A program made the translations under genes and the position numbers. From Massilicoli timonensis (GTDB lineage: Bacteria; Bacillota_I; Bacilli_A; Erysipelotrichales; Erysipelotrichaceae), in assembly GCF_900199515.1 (NCBI RefSeq), contig NZ_LT963434.1, positions 1,203,272 through 1,235,271 of the forward strand: 32,000 bases of DNA, given 5' to 3'. Each line of letters opens with the position of its first letter. Within the stretch, counting starts at the first letter, position 1. Below the pieces are notes generated by a model, which saw only the letters and a list, made by a program, of their open reading frames with translations, ran no database searches and was not told the DNA's origin. This document shows positions 31,529 to 32,000 of this stretch, piece by piece.

Positions 31529-31990
31529 CTACCTCATTTCTTCTAACCGCATTTTCAGCGTTTTATAATAATTTCTTGAAACATATACTTGTTTATGACA
31601 GTTCTTAAATTCCACTAAGCTGGACGCACTGATCGACTTTGTGATCGAATAGATCTCCCTGCAATTTAAGATCGTCGATTTTGATACCCGCATAAAATAA
31701 GCAGGGAGCAGCGTTTCCAGTTCATACAGGCGATACTTGGTTTCATAAATATCTTTAGCGGTATGCGCATACACCGTTTTGGCATCTGTTTCAAAAAACA
31801 AGATGTCTGTAAGCGACAGGTAATATTCCGTTTCTTTTTTATAAAATACGAGCTTGCTTGTGCCATGTGCGATTTCCGCAAGGGCGCGTTCGATCTGCCG
31901 CAGTTCTTCAGAGATGCGTGCAGCGCGAATATGGACTTCGATTTCTTCCAGTTGTTCTTCTAGTGCAATACTGATTTTCACGTCGCTCAT
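31529..31990 (-). CDS. stand-alone LytTR-family DNA-binding protein (no receiver domain)
   Basis: SLTDILFFETDAKTVYAHTAKDIYETKYRLYELETLLPAYFMRVSKSTILNCREI is a LytTR domain. It is preceded by a short coiled N-terminal segment. SD GGAGATGAGCGACGTG context lies at the window end. Confidence 0.85.
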   Translation of the reverse strand: MSDVKISIALEEQLEEIEVHIRAARISEELRQIERALAEIAHGTSKLVFYKKETEYYLSLTDILFFETDAKTVYAHTAKDIYETKYRLYELETLLPAYFMRVSKSTILNCREIYSITKSISASSLVEFKNCHKQVYVSRNYYKTLKMRLEEMR

Positions 31991-32000
31991 CTCCTTGCCC

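Overview
This window looks like chromosomal DNA from a Bacillota (Firmicutes) genome, about 45% GC by eye. All protein calls rest on motif recognition and synteny; no database search was possible.

Most of the window is housekeeping. It contains two Bacillus-type syntenic blocks: spoIIR-like -> tsaC(ywlC)/rpiB(ywlF) -> glyA, and rsmG-noc-soj-spo0J. It also contains addB-addA, metK behind an S-box (SAM) riboswitch, and an asparaginase_2/M20 peptidase/cutC operon. The remaining genes are a CPA2 antiporter, an RluA-family pseudouridine synthase, a CofE-like ligase and several smaller enzymes.

Three parts are not ordinary.

(1) nt 1 to about 3500 is a much more AT-rich segment that is almost free of GATC, so it is probably horizontally acquired. 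It runs off the left edge of the window. It encodes an SPFH-GYF protein, a small ORF, a decayed SIR2-like gene stub translationally chained to an AlbA_2 (Schlafen-like)/HATPase_c_4 protein, and ends in phased heptamer repeats around a perfect hairpin.

(2) nt 21715-23416 is the most interesting locus. An orphan LytTR regulator with a degenerate (pseudo-)receiver domain sits directly on an AgrA/VirR-style pair of 9-bp direct repeats and a near-consensus promoter. That promoter fires into about 0.6-0.85 kb with no credible protein gene. The predicted transcript is strongly purine-rich and C-depleted and carries only tiny ORFs. I interpret it as a candidate LytTR-controlled regulatory RNA or small-peptide locus, analogous to RNAIII or VR-RNA.

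(3) Several smaller oddities:
- an in-frame TsaC-RpiB fusion
- a Noc orthologue lacking the N-terminal membrane-targeting helix
- an atypical S-box aptamer
- a second LytTR regulator paired with a LiaF-like membrane protein
- roughly 2-4 fold GATC over-representation in the host part

I did not recognise any CRISPR array, tRNA, rRNA, transposase or integrase.
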